DNA of 32,000 nt from Zymomonas mobilis subsp. mobilis ATCC 10988. Its GTDB lineage: Bacteria > Pseudomonadota > Alphaproteobacteria > Sphingomonadales > Sphingomonadaceae. Shown piece by piece: positions 1 to 7,873 of the stretch (positions within the stretch are counted from its first letter, which is position 1; every line of letters begins with the position of its first letter). Made by a program: the position numbers and the translations under genes. The notes beneath the pieces were generated by a model, which did no database searches, was not told the origin of the DNA, and saw only the letters and a program-made list of their open reading frames with translations. The stretch is taken from positions 1,170,001 through 1,202,000 of the forward strand of contig NC_017262.1 in the NCBI RefSeq assembly GCF_000175255.2, written 5' to 3'.

Positions 1-719
1 ATGGCTTGCCAATCACCGCCATAAAGGCTGTTGAAAGATTTTTCTTCTATCAACTCGACATTATTATCATGTTCGCGCCGCCATGCGATCAAATCGCGGA
101 TGGTGCCTATCTTGATATTATGTCTTTGAGCAAAAGTGACCAGATCATCAAGACGAGCCATTGTCCCGTCTTCTTTCATCACTTCACAGATAACACCGGA
201 AGCATTTAATCCAGCCAAACGTGCAATATCAACAGCGGCTTCCGTATGTCCCGCCCTGACCAGAACGCCGCCCGATTTTGCGGCTAAGGGGAAAACATGA
301 CCTGGGGTTACGATGTCTTCTGCACCGCGAGAACTGTCGATAGCAACTGCAATGGTTCTTGCCCTGTCGCCAGCAGAAATGCCTGTTGTAACACCTTCTT
401 TGGCTTCAATCGAAACGGTGAAAGCCGTTTGCAGAGGCGCGTTATTCTCGCGTGACATCGGGGCTAGACCCAAACTAGTTACGCGCTCTTTAGTCATGGC
501 GAGGCAGACCAATCCTCGTCCATGCGTCGCCATAAAATTGATGGCTGCCGGTGTTGCCATCTGTGCCGGAATAATCAGATCGCCTTCATTTTCACGATCT
601 TCATCATCAACCAGAATAAATATTCGACCATTCCGTGCTTCTTCGATCAGCTCTTCAACCGAAGATAGAAAAGGATGCCGTTTGGTCGATCCTTTTACAA
701 TAGGGGTGTTCTTACTCAT
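1..719 (-). CDS. ribBA: Bifunctional 3,4-dihydroxy-2-butanone-4-phosphate synthase / GTP cyclohydrolase II, 5' part only (gene runs off the left edge)
   Basis: Absent from the ORF track because there is no stop in the window. Reverse-complement translation from ATG 719..717 stays open to position 1. It reads MSKNTPIVKGSTKRHPFLSSVEELIEEARNGRIFILVDDEDRENEGDLIIPAQMATPAAINFMATHGRGLVCLAM...TPGHVFPLAAKSGGVLVRAGHTEAAVDIARLAGL...ICEVMKEDGTMARL, which is a RibB (DHBP synthase) domain. ATGA start/stop overlap with ribE (stop 718..716). Track ORF 313..786 (+) is its antisense shadow. Confidence 0.9.
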   Translation of the reverse strand, partial: MSKNTPIVKGSTKRHPFLSSVEELIEEARNGRIFILVDDEDRENEGDLIIPAQMATPAAINFMATHGRGLVCLAMTKERVTSLGLAPMSRENNAPLQTAFTVSIEAKEGVTTGISAGDRARTIAVAIDSSRGAEDIVTPGHVFPLAAKSGGVLVRAGHTEAAVDIARLAGLNASGVICEVMKEDGTMARLDDLVTFAQRHNIKIGTIRDLIAWRREHDNNVELIEEKSFNSLYGGDWQA

Positions 720-1336
720 ACCGCGACATTTCCTAAAGCATTCATTCTGGCAAGATAGCGCGAGAGAACATCAATTTCGATATTGACAAAATCACCGGCT
801 TTCAGATCGCCCAGCGTGGTTTTTTCGGCGGTGTGAGGAATGATGTTGATAGAAAACAGCACTTTGCCATCGACATCTTTAACTTCGTTCACCGTAAGTG
901 ATACGCCGTCGAGAGAGACTGATCCTTTTTCTGCAATATGCGGGGCGACTTCGGGGCCAGCTTCAATCAGAAAATTATGGGAGTCACCGACCGCCGTAAT
1001 CGAAACAACTTTACCAATGCCATCGACATGACCTGTAACGATATGGCCGCCCAATTCATCGCCTATTTTTAAGGCACGTTCCAGATTAAGTTTTTGGCCT
1101 TTTTCCCAGCGTCCCGGTGCCGTGCGGGAAACAGATTCGCCAGAAACGGTAACCTCAAACCAGTTGCGAGGCGTTGTCCCTTTGTCAACCACGGTCAGAC
1201 AAACACCGGAACAGGCGATAGAGGAACCGGTAGGAACGGTATCCATAGGATATTCTGTTGCAATACGAATGCGGCGATCGCCTTCCTGCGTAACAGAAGT
1301 AATCTCGCCAATATCGGTAACAATGCCGGTGAACAT
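716..1336 (-). CDS. ribE: Riboflavin synthase (alpha chain)
   Basis: 206 aa with the typical MFTGIVTDIGEI N-terminus and a duplicated lumazine-binding half (GGHIVTGHVDGIG). Lies between ribD and ribBA, with a 4-nt ATGA overlap to ribBA. Confidence 0.92.
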   Translation of the reverse strand: MFTGIVTDIGEITSVTQEGDRRIRIATEYPMDTVPTGSSIACSGVCLTVVDKGTTPRNWFEVTVSGESVSRTAPGRWEKGQKLNLERALKIGDELGGHIVTGHVDGIGKVVSITAVGDSHNFLIEAGPEVAPHIAEKGSVSLDGVSLTVNEVKDVDGKVLFSINIIPHTAEKTTLGDLKAGDFVNIEIDVLSRYLARMNALGNVAV

Positions 1337-1424
1337 GGGGTAAGCTCCGTTCCTGTGAAGGGTAATAAAATTATTTTATATATTGTTTTTTGATAAATTT
1401 ATTTTTTTGTAAATAAGCCCATTT

Positions 1425-2396
1425 TTATATTCGTAAATAGGCTTCCAACTGGTCATTGCCAAGCGTTCTTCTCTCTTTGAGATGCCAACGATGATGCGCT
1501 TCAGATAAATTCGTTAATCCAATATCAGCCAAGGCATGCAAGCCCTTCCCAATAAGAATAGGGGCGCGATAGAGTAATATCCGATCAACCAGATCGGCCT
1601 TTAAAAAAGCCGCGGCTGTTTTTGCCCCGCCTTCAATCAGGACATGATCGGCAGTTGTTTTGATAATATCTGTGGGCTCTCTTAATCCAATCCAGCCGGA
1701 AGGGATTTCTCCATGGCCTAAAACTGCTTTTTTCGGTGAGCGATCGCCTAAACCTTGTAAGCGGACATTGAGAGAGGGCTTGTCAAATTCCAGTGTTTTT
1801 CGACCGACAACAATCAGCTCTGATCGCATTCTTTCCAAATGGGCATGCGCTCTCGCCCTTTCTCCGGTAATCCACTGGCTTTCGCCATTTTCTAACGCGA
1901 TACAACCATCAAGCGAAGTCGCCATCTTTAACGTAACATAAGGCCGAGCTTTCAGTTGACGACTGAAAAAACCAGACATCGATTGCGCCGCCTGCTTCTC
2001 AAGAAGACCACACTCCACTTTGATACCGGCTGCGACCATTTTGGAAATACCTTGGCCATTGGTTCGGGGGTCAGGGTCACGACAAGCAATAACTACTCTT
2101 TCAGGCAGAGCGGCAACCAAACTATCGCTACAGGTTGGGCCCCTGTTACTTTTATGGGCGCAAGGCTCCAAGGTGACATAAACAGTTGCCCCCTTCAGCG
2201 ATTGGCATTGTGACAAAGCCATCGCCTCCGCATGAGGTCGTCCGCCTGACTGTGTCCAGCCACGTCCGATGATCTGATTATCTTTATTGACAATAATACA
2301 GCCAACAGAAGGCGAGGGGGCAGTCAGGCCTTTACTTCTTTCGCCAAGGGCGATGGCGGCTTGCATCCAGCGGATATCATTTTCAAGATGGGTCAA
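1425..2396 (-). CDS. ribD: Bifunctional riboflavin biosynthesis protein RibD (pyrimidine deaminase / uracil reductase)
   Basis: 323 aa. Cytidine-deaminase-type zinc motifs HAEAMAL and TLEPCAH at the N-terminus, then a RibD C-terminal reductase domain. First gene of the rib cluster; 88-nt AT-rich spacer to ribE. Confidence 0.92.
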   Translation of the reverse strand: MTHLENDIRWMQAAIALGERSKGLTAPSPSVGCIIVNKDNQIIGRGWTQSGGRPHAEAMALSQCQSLKGATVYVTLEPCAHKSNRGPTCSDSLVAALPERVVIACRDPDPRTNGQGISKMVAAGIKVECGLLEKQAAQSMSGFFSRQLKARPYVTLKMATSLDGCIALENGESQWITGERARAHAHLERMRSELIVVGRKTLEFDKPSLNVRLQGLGDRSPKKAVLGHGEIPSGWIGLREPTDIIKTTADHVLIEGGAKTAAAFLKADLVDRILLYRAPILIGKGLHALADIGLTNLSEAHHRWHLKERRTLGNDQLEAYLRI

Positions 2397-2426
2397 ATTG
2401 ACAGCCTGCTTTTCAAATATGTTGCC

Positions 2427-2777
2427 CTAATTTTGTGTTGAATAGCCTAACACATGGCCAAATTCACGCCAGCGCTTGCGAGATTCTTCTTGTCTGGCCT
2501 CAAGTTTTTTTTGATCTTCGAGATTTTTAGACTGAATTTCGGCATCGCTACGTGCGCCATTGATATTTTGGACAAAGATAATTTCAGGATCCGGCTTTTC
2601 TATCTTTGAGCTAAAAAACATCATGGAAACCATGCCCCCCGTCAAGGCAAGCGAAAGGATGGCTATCACTGGCCGGATATGCCCATGATTTCGGATAAAT
2701 GCGTTTATATCCTGCCATAAAATAGAAATTTTGTTTCGAACCATATCCGGTAATTTATAGGCTTCCTGAAAAATCAC
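2427..2777 (-). CDS. Hypothetical single-pass membrane protein
   Basis: 116-aa ORF with a GTG start (alternative ATG at codon 12). One hydrophobic helix (IRPVIAILSLALTGGMVSMMFF) followed by a charged, coiled-coil-like tail (EDQKKLEARQEESRKRW). Ends 30 nt upstream of ribD on the same strand. No family recognised. Confidence 0.55.
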   Translation of the reverse strand: MIFQEAYKLPDMVRNKISILWQDINAFIRNHGHIRPVIAILSLALTGGMVSMMFFSSKIEKPDPEIIFVQNINGARSDAEIQSKNLEDQKKLEARQEESRKRWREFGHVLGYSTQN

Positions 2778-2825
2778 CAGCCCTGCTTTTGCACAAATAA
2801 TTGAGAACAGAAAAAAAGATTATTT

Positions 2826-2834
2826 TGGTATAAT
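2826..2834 (+). promoter_or_regulatory. Candidate extended -10 promoter element (TGGTATAAT) for the response-regulator operon
   Basis: Exact TGnTATAAT match inside the 181-bp AT-rich divergent intergenic region, 125 nt upstream of the GTG at 2959. Sequence match only. Confidence 0.3.
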
Positions 2835-2958
2835 TTTCCAAAATGAGAAATTATCTTCATAATGGTTAAGTTGTATTTGGATATTCCCCCTTGAAAGTGG
2901 CATATCTCATAGAAATATGCATTGTATATATCTGTAATTTTGATGAGGAATAACGGGC

Positions 2959-3678
2959 GTGAGAATAGCCCTGCTAGATGATGATCTGGAAACGGCTGCT
3001 CAGTTAAATGCAATTTTGACTGAAGCGGGTTACGACTGTCGTTCTTTCCATAAAGGCTATGCCCTTTTAAGAATGCTGCGCAGCGAAACGGTTGATTTAT
3101 TATTACTTGATTGGAATGTGCCTGATTTTTCAGGGATTGAAATCATAGAATGGGTCAATAAACATTGCGATCCGAAACCGCCTATTCTGCTCTCAACGGC
3201 GAGAACGGCGGCCGAAGATATTGTTACTGGCCTGAATGCCGGAGCAGATGATTATCTGGTTAAGCCCGTTCAGCCTGAAATCTTGCTGGCTCGGGTAAAG
3301 GCTGTCTTGCGGCGTAGTTATCCAACACCACCGTCAGATGGTATTGAACATTACGACGATTATACCTTTGATGTTTCAAGAGAGCAGGTGTCTCTAGGCA
3401 ATACGCTTATTCCGATGACATCAAAGGAGTTTACGCTTTCCTTGCTGTTATTCCGTAATCTGCATCGACCATTGTCACGGGGATATATTTTTGAAACCCT
3501 TTGGGGACGGAATCCGGATTTGCCGACCCGAACACTTGATACCCATATCTCAAAAATCAGAACCAAACTTAATTTGAGACCGGAAAATGGTTATCGGTTA
3601 GCGCCTGTTTATGCCTATGGTTACCGTTTGGAACGGCTAGCTGAAAAGAAAGCCATCGCTGCAGAAGCTGTTCGGTAA
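2959..3678 (+). CDS. OmpR/PhoB-family response regulator (receiver + winged-helix DNA-binding domain)
   Basis: 239 aa. GTG start with GAGGAA 8 nt upstream. Receiver motifs MRIALLDDD and LLLLDWNVPDFSG. C-terminal Trans_reg_C-like LTSKEFTLSLLLFRNLHRPLSRGYIFETLWG...RTLDTHISKIRTKL. Confidence 0.9.
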   Translation: MRIALLDDDLETAAQLNAILTEAGYDCRSFHKGYALLRMLRSETVDLLLLDWNVPDFSGIEIIEWVNKHCDPKPPILLSTARTAAEDIVTGLNAGADDYLVKPVQPEILLARVKAVLRRSYPTPPSDGIEHYDDYTFDVSREQVSLGNTLIPMTSKEFTLSLLLFRNLHRPLSRGYIFETLWGRNPDLPTRTLDTHISKIRTKLNLRPENGYRLAPVYAYGYRLERLAEKKAIAAEAVR

Positions 3679-3681
3679 AGA

Positions 3682-5034
3682 ATGTTTTGGAAGCGCGGAA
3701 GCCTCCGGCCTTTTCTTCTGGGCTGTGCACTTCTGTTTTTAGGAAGCGGCCATAGCGAAAAGGCTGTAGCCGCGCATTTCGAAAACCATCAATCCGTTGA
3801 ATATATCGTTGAGCAAGGCGATACGCTTTCTTCTATTGCTCAGCGCTATTTTGACAGAATAAGCGATATGGAAGCTATTGCGAAGCGGGCTGGCGTTTCT
3901 TTAAGTCAGCCTTTGCATGCAGGCTTCCATCTTAATATCCCTAAAGCGTTTTTACGGCGTGAAATTTCTACCGCTGTAGTTTCCCATATTTCGGGTCCCG
4001 TCACTCTTTTTATTCACGGGAAAAGAGGTTGCCTGCAACAAGGCCAGCCCGTTACCGAGCAAATGACTATTGAGACGGGTTCGTCAGGCTTTGTGACCCT
4101 CCTTTTGCCGGACGGCTCGCATGTCAGCATGCCTTCTATGAGCCAGATTACTATCACACGTCTGCGCAAGGTAGCTTTGACCGGAGCGGTTGAGCGATCA
4201 TTCAAATTAGAAGCAGGGCATGTCCGCGTCCATGCGACGCCTTTATTCCGTTCTGACAGCTATTTTCATATCGCAACACCATCCTCGCTGACAGCTGTCC
4301 GAGGGACTGATTTTCGTGTTCATTATATCGAAAATAGTAAGACCCATAAAAAAGAGAATATTGTCGAAGTATTAGAAGGTTTGGTCACAACTGATAATCA
4401 TAAAATAGTTTATGCGGTTCCTGGCGGATATGGTACCAATTCAATAGAAAAGCTTGATTTTCCTTTGAATACGCCGCCCAGTCCTTCAAACCGTTTAACC
4501 ATTCTTCGTGATGCCGAGCCCGATATTTTCTTAAGCAAAATGCCGACGGCCTCTGTTTATTATGCTGAATTGTCCAAAGATCCAGATTTCTCTGATTTGC
4601 TTTCTGAAAGCTGGCTCGATAATACAGACGTTAAATTACAAGGATTAGGCGACGGGCATTATTATTTGCGGCTTTCTGCTGTTGATAATCATGATCTTGA
4701 GGGTGAGGAAAAAGTTTTTCCTATTGATCATAAAACCGGCCATCTCGAGGCTTCGGCTTATTCTTTCTCTGAGGGGGCAGTTTTCCAATGGAAAATACCA
4801 GATAATGAAGTAGTTATTAGTCGTTTGCAGGTTGTCGCTAGTAAAATCAGTGAAACTGCTATCCCTATTGTGGATCAATTAGGGGGTAAGACAGGGCTTG
4901 TAAAAATTTCCTCTTTGCCGGAAGGGGATTATTACTGGCGTATTATTGCAGCATGGCCAGCAGGGGGACAAATTATATTGCCTTTTCGTAAGTTGCATAT
5001 TTCAGGAAATAACCCGATGAAAAAAAATGAATGA
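3682..5034 (+). CDS. Secreted/periplasmic LysM + FecR-fold protein with two C-terminal beta-sandwich-like repeats
   Basis: 450 aa. N-terminal signal-like segment (LLGCALLFLGSGHSEKAVA). LysM-like YIVEQGDTLSSIAQRY...GFHLNIP. FecR-like GFVTLLLPDGSHVSMPSMSQITI...LTAVRGTDFRV. Repeated G(D)xYYxR motifs (GDGHYYLRLSAVD, EGDYYWRIIAAW). Starts 3 nt after the regulator stop and overlaps the kinase start by 8 nt. Confidence 0.75.
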   Translation: MFWKRGSLRPFLLGCALLFLGSGHSEKAVAAHFENHQSVEYIVEQGDTLSSIAQRYFDRISDMEAIAKRAGVSLSQPLHAGFHLNIPKAFLRREISTAVVSHISGPVTLFIHGKRGCLQQGQPVTEQMTIETGSSGFVTLLLPDGSHVSMPSMSQITITRLRKVALTGAVERSFKLEAGHVRVHATPLFRSDSYFHIATPSSLTAVRGTDFRVHYIENSKTHKKENIVEVLEGLVTTDNHKIVYAVPGGYGTNSIEKLDFPLNTPPSPSNRLTILRDAEPDIFLSKMPTASVYYAELSKDPDFSDLLSESWLDNTDVKLQGLGDGHYYLRLSAVDNHDLEGEEKVFPIDHKTGHLEASAYSFSEGAVFQWKIPDNEVVISRLQVVASKISETAIPIVDQLGGKTGLVKISSLPEGDYYWRIIAAWPAGGQIILPFRKLHISGNNPMKKNE

Positions 5035-7318
5035 TGTTTTTGACAGTCTGAATACAGAGAACACTGCACGAATAGAAACTGAATTAAAAAATACACTCGT
5101 TTTTGAATGGTCTCTATTGGCTCTTGCGGCTACTTTGGCCGTGGTGGTCATCAGCTGGGCTGGGATGACTTCGCAGTTGGATCTCTTTTTCTACGATACC
5201 GTTGTAAGGTTGGGATGCCACAAACCTGACCCTTCGGTTCTTATTGTCAAAATTGATGATAATGCTTTGAAAACCATAGCACCTTGGCCATGGTCTCCCG
5301 ATAAACATGCTAAATTTATTAAACAATTGGATGCCGGACATCCTTTGGAAATAGGATATAATGTCCTGTTTCTTGATCCTTCAGAATCCCAAGCAACAGA
5401 AAATTTATCGAAGACCTTAAAAACCAGTAAAACACCGATATTTTTACCGATGTTGGTTGAATCCGGTAATCACAACAAGAAAACGGTTGCGGTTCTACCT
5501 TTGCTGGCACCCTCTGCAACTAATGTGGGTCATGTCAGCGTGCCTTTTGATCGCGATGGAATGGTTCGCCGCTATTGGCCTGCCTTGACGGCAAAAGGGC
5601 GCTACTGGCCTGCTTTGGTCGAGTTGATGGATAACCCTAAAAAGGTTTATTCCGAAGCTGATTTACGTGAAAAGCTATTTTCTTTTGATGGCCCCCGAAA
5701 TCGTTTCCCTGTTATTTCTGCGGCTGCCATTTGGCGCAACGAGGTGCCTCCAGAATTTTTAACCGGTAAAAGAATTCTGGTCGGTGTAACCGCATCGGGT
5801 TTTGAATATTTACATCCGACGCCTTTCGGGGTGATGTCTGGTGTCGAAATTCAAGCCAATATTTTGGATACCTTGCTTCATGATCGGACAATCCATGAAG
5901 CTAGTGACATTACCAAGCTGATTGTCGCACTGGTATCTCTATGGATCTTGCTTATTGGGTTTCGCTTTTTATCGCCAAGGGCAACAATATTATTGACCGT
6001 TACCCTTGGGGTAGGGGTGCCGCTTTTATGTGCGGTTTTATTCCTGTTTTTTAATTATTGGTTCCCGCCGATCACATCCGTTGTCGGGGTGGCGTTTACC
6101 TATCCTTTTTGGGCATGGAGCCGTTTAGCCAGCCTTAGTAAATATTTTTCTGATGAATTGGAAAAATTATTAAGCGATTTTCCAGAAGAACAAAGACAAA
6201 AATTACCCGATATTACCGCAGCCGACCCACTGGAATATAAAAAGCAACTTTTAAAATTAGCCATTTCTCGCATTGTTTTTATGCGTCGTTTTATTGCTGA
6301 TAGTTTATATTATTTGCCTGACGTATTTTTTGTTACCGATAAAGATAATAACATCATTTTATTAAATAAAGCAGCTGAGAATTTAACCGCAGAATTAGGC
6401 GCTCAATATCATTACAGAATGCCGATTTCGACGATCTTAAACCATCTCCATAATGAAGAAGGCCATCGGATAAACTTTGATCAAGTCCGTAATAATGAGA
6501 TTAATAGCCAATGTTATGCCGAAAATGGCCGAGCTTTTGATCTGCGTATCGCGGCTTGTCGTCAGGTGATTAACCAGCCTGATGGATGGCTTATTATGTT
6601 GATTGATATCAGTGCTGTTAAATCTGCCGAAGAACAGCGTCAGCGTATTTTGCATCTTTTAAGTCATGATATGCGGTCACCACAAATCTCTATTCTGGCC
6701 TTGATTGACCGTTTTTCTCGGACATCCTGTAGCAAGGAAAAAGAAGCGCAAGAAATCATTACCAAGATTTCCAATTACGCCCGCCGGACATTGGGATTGG
6801 CAGATAATTTTACCCGTTTGGCACAGGCAGAAGCGCCCGAATACCAATGGATGGATGTTGAAATTGAAGGCGTGATGACCAGCGCAGTCGATGAATTATG
6901 GATACAGGCCAATAAACGCCAGATCAAAATAACGCTTAATGATTGGGAAGAACCTTTATTCGTCGAAGGTGATCCAGCTTTATTAGAGCGGGTATTTATC
7001 AATTTGATAGATAACGCCGTAAAATATAGCCCTGATGGAAGCACCGTTTCCTGCACAGTGAAAAAAAAGGAAGATCAGGTAGAAATTGCCATCTGCGACC
7101 AAGGGATTGGGATGGATCAGGAGCAGATAGAAGCCCTGTTCCGGCCTTTCCGTCGCGCCTCAACAGGCCCCGCTGCCAAGATTTCAGGTATCGGTTTAGG
7201 TCTGGTCTTCGTTAATAAGGTTATTTTGCGGCATCATGGCCATATCGATTGTAGAAGCACTCCCGGAAAGGGAACATGTTTTATTGTAACCTTGCCGCTG
7301 ATGGTTGATCCTGAATAG
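5027..7318 (+). CDS. CHASE2-domain sensor histidine kinase
   Basis: 763 aa. N-terminal TM helix, then a CHASE2-like periplasmic domain (IVKIDDNALKTIAPWPWSPDKHAKFIKQL...GYNVLFLDP...VGHVSVPFDRDGMVRRY). A cluster of TM helices (about aa 300-370) and a PAS-like segment follow. H-box ILHLLSHDMRSPQ, N-box FINLIDNAVKYSP, G-boxes DQGIGM and GIGLGL. Confidence 0.85.
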   Translation: MNDVFDSLNTENTARIETELKNTLVFEWSLLALAATLAVVVISWAGMTSQLDLFFYDTVVRLGCHKPDPSVLIVKIDDNALKTIAPWPWSPDKHAKFIKQLDAGHPLEIGYNVLFLDPSESQATENLSKTLKTSKTPIFLPMLVESGNHNKKTVAVLPLLAPSATNVGHVSVPFDRDGMVRRYWPALTAKGRYWPALVELMDNPKKVYSEADLREKLFSFDGPRNRFPVISAAAIWRNEVPPEFLTGKRILVGVTASGFEYLHPTPFGVMSGVEIQANILDTLLHDRTIHEASDITKLIVALVSLWILLIGFRFLSPRATILLTVTLGVGVPLLCAVLFLFFNYWFPPITSVVGVAFTYPFWAWSRLASLSKYFSDELEKLLSDFPEEQRQKLPDITAADPLEYKKQLLKLAISRIVFMRRFIADSLYYLPDVFFVTDKDNNIILLNKAAENLTAELGAQYHYRMPISTILNHLHNEEGHRINFDQVRNNEINSQCYAENGRAFDLRIAACRQVINQPDGWLIMLIDISAVKSAEEQRQRILHLLSHDMRSPQISILALIDRFSRTSCSKEKEAQEIITKISNYARRTLGLADNFTRLAQAEAPEYQWMDVEIEGVMTSAVDELWIQANKRQIKITLNDWEEPLFVEGDPALLERVFINLIDNAVKYSPDGSTVSCTVKKKEDQVEIAICDQGIGMDQEQIEALFRPFRRASTGPAAKISGIGLGLVFVNKVILRHHGHIDCRSTPGKGTCFIVTLPLMVDPE

Positions 7319-7802
7319 CTTTCTCGACTGTCTCTCTGGAATGCTTTTTGAGAGCGGAGCAGAAGGCAGCAGCCATCTCGCTTGAGATCTGTTGATCGGT
7401 ATTGATATGCCAGATCTTATACCCTGTAATAGAGTAATTCTTTGAGTTGTCAGTGGCATGAGGCGGAATGAACAGCCATGTCATATCGCTTTGCCACATG
7501 ACATTCTTTCCTGAAAGCCTATCCAGTTTTTTGGTGTTTTTATCCTTCATATTGATGAATTGCGGATGTTGGGCATAGCTAACGGCAATTTGCCAGACAT
7601 CCTCATCCTTCATTTCATCGCTGGCAGCTTTCCATCCCAATGAAAATAGACAATTTGTTATAAGATGGGATGGCGAGGCTTCTATAAGGCGAAAATAGCC
7701 TGCTTTAACGGGTTTTCCGTGTGGTTTGATTAAAAAGTCAGTCGCGATGGCGGGTTTGTAAAGGCAAAGGCTAAGTGCAAAAAGGCAAATAAATCGTCGC
7801 AT
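7281..7802 (-). CDS. Hypothetical secreted protein
   Basis: The track ORF runs 7281..7862. I prefer the internal ATG at 7802..7800 because it begins a signal-peptide-like MRRFICLFALSLCLYKPAIA. No family recognised. Its 3' end overlaps the convergent kinase gene by 38 nt. Confidence 0.5.
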   Translation of the reverse strand: MRRFICLFALSLCLYKPAIATDFLIKPHGKPVKAGYFRLIEASPSHLITNCLFSLGWKAASDEMKDEDVWQIAVSYAQHPQFINMKDKNTKKLDRLSGKNVMWQSDMTWLFIPPHATDNSKNYSITGYKIWHINTDQQISSEMAAAFCSALKKHSRETVEKAIQDQPSAARLQ

Positions 7803-7873
7803 GCGAAAGAGAATGGCATTGTCGTTCACCATTCCCAAGATAGATATTTGCCCATTTTGCATAAGAAATATTT

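Noticed and set aside
313-786. 157-aa + strand ORF
   Set aside because: It lies entirely antisense to the well-supported ribBA/ribE coding sequence. The translation is Ser/Arg/Ala-rich with no recognisable motif, which is typical of a shadow ORF.
1337-2958. FMN (RFN) riboswitch in the rib cluster leaders
   Set aside because: The intergenic spacers are too short (88 and 30 nt) and AT-rich. I could not find the conserved RFN core strings on the minus strand of 2397-2958.
5020-5027. A8 run at the junction of the FecR-like gene and the kinase as a possible slippage site
   Set aside because: Both genes have intact, conventional stop and start codons in the ATGAATGA overlap. Nothing requires a frameshift.
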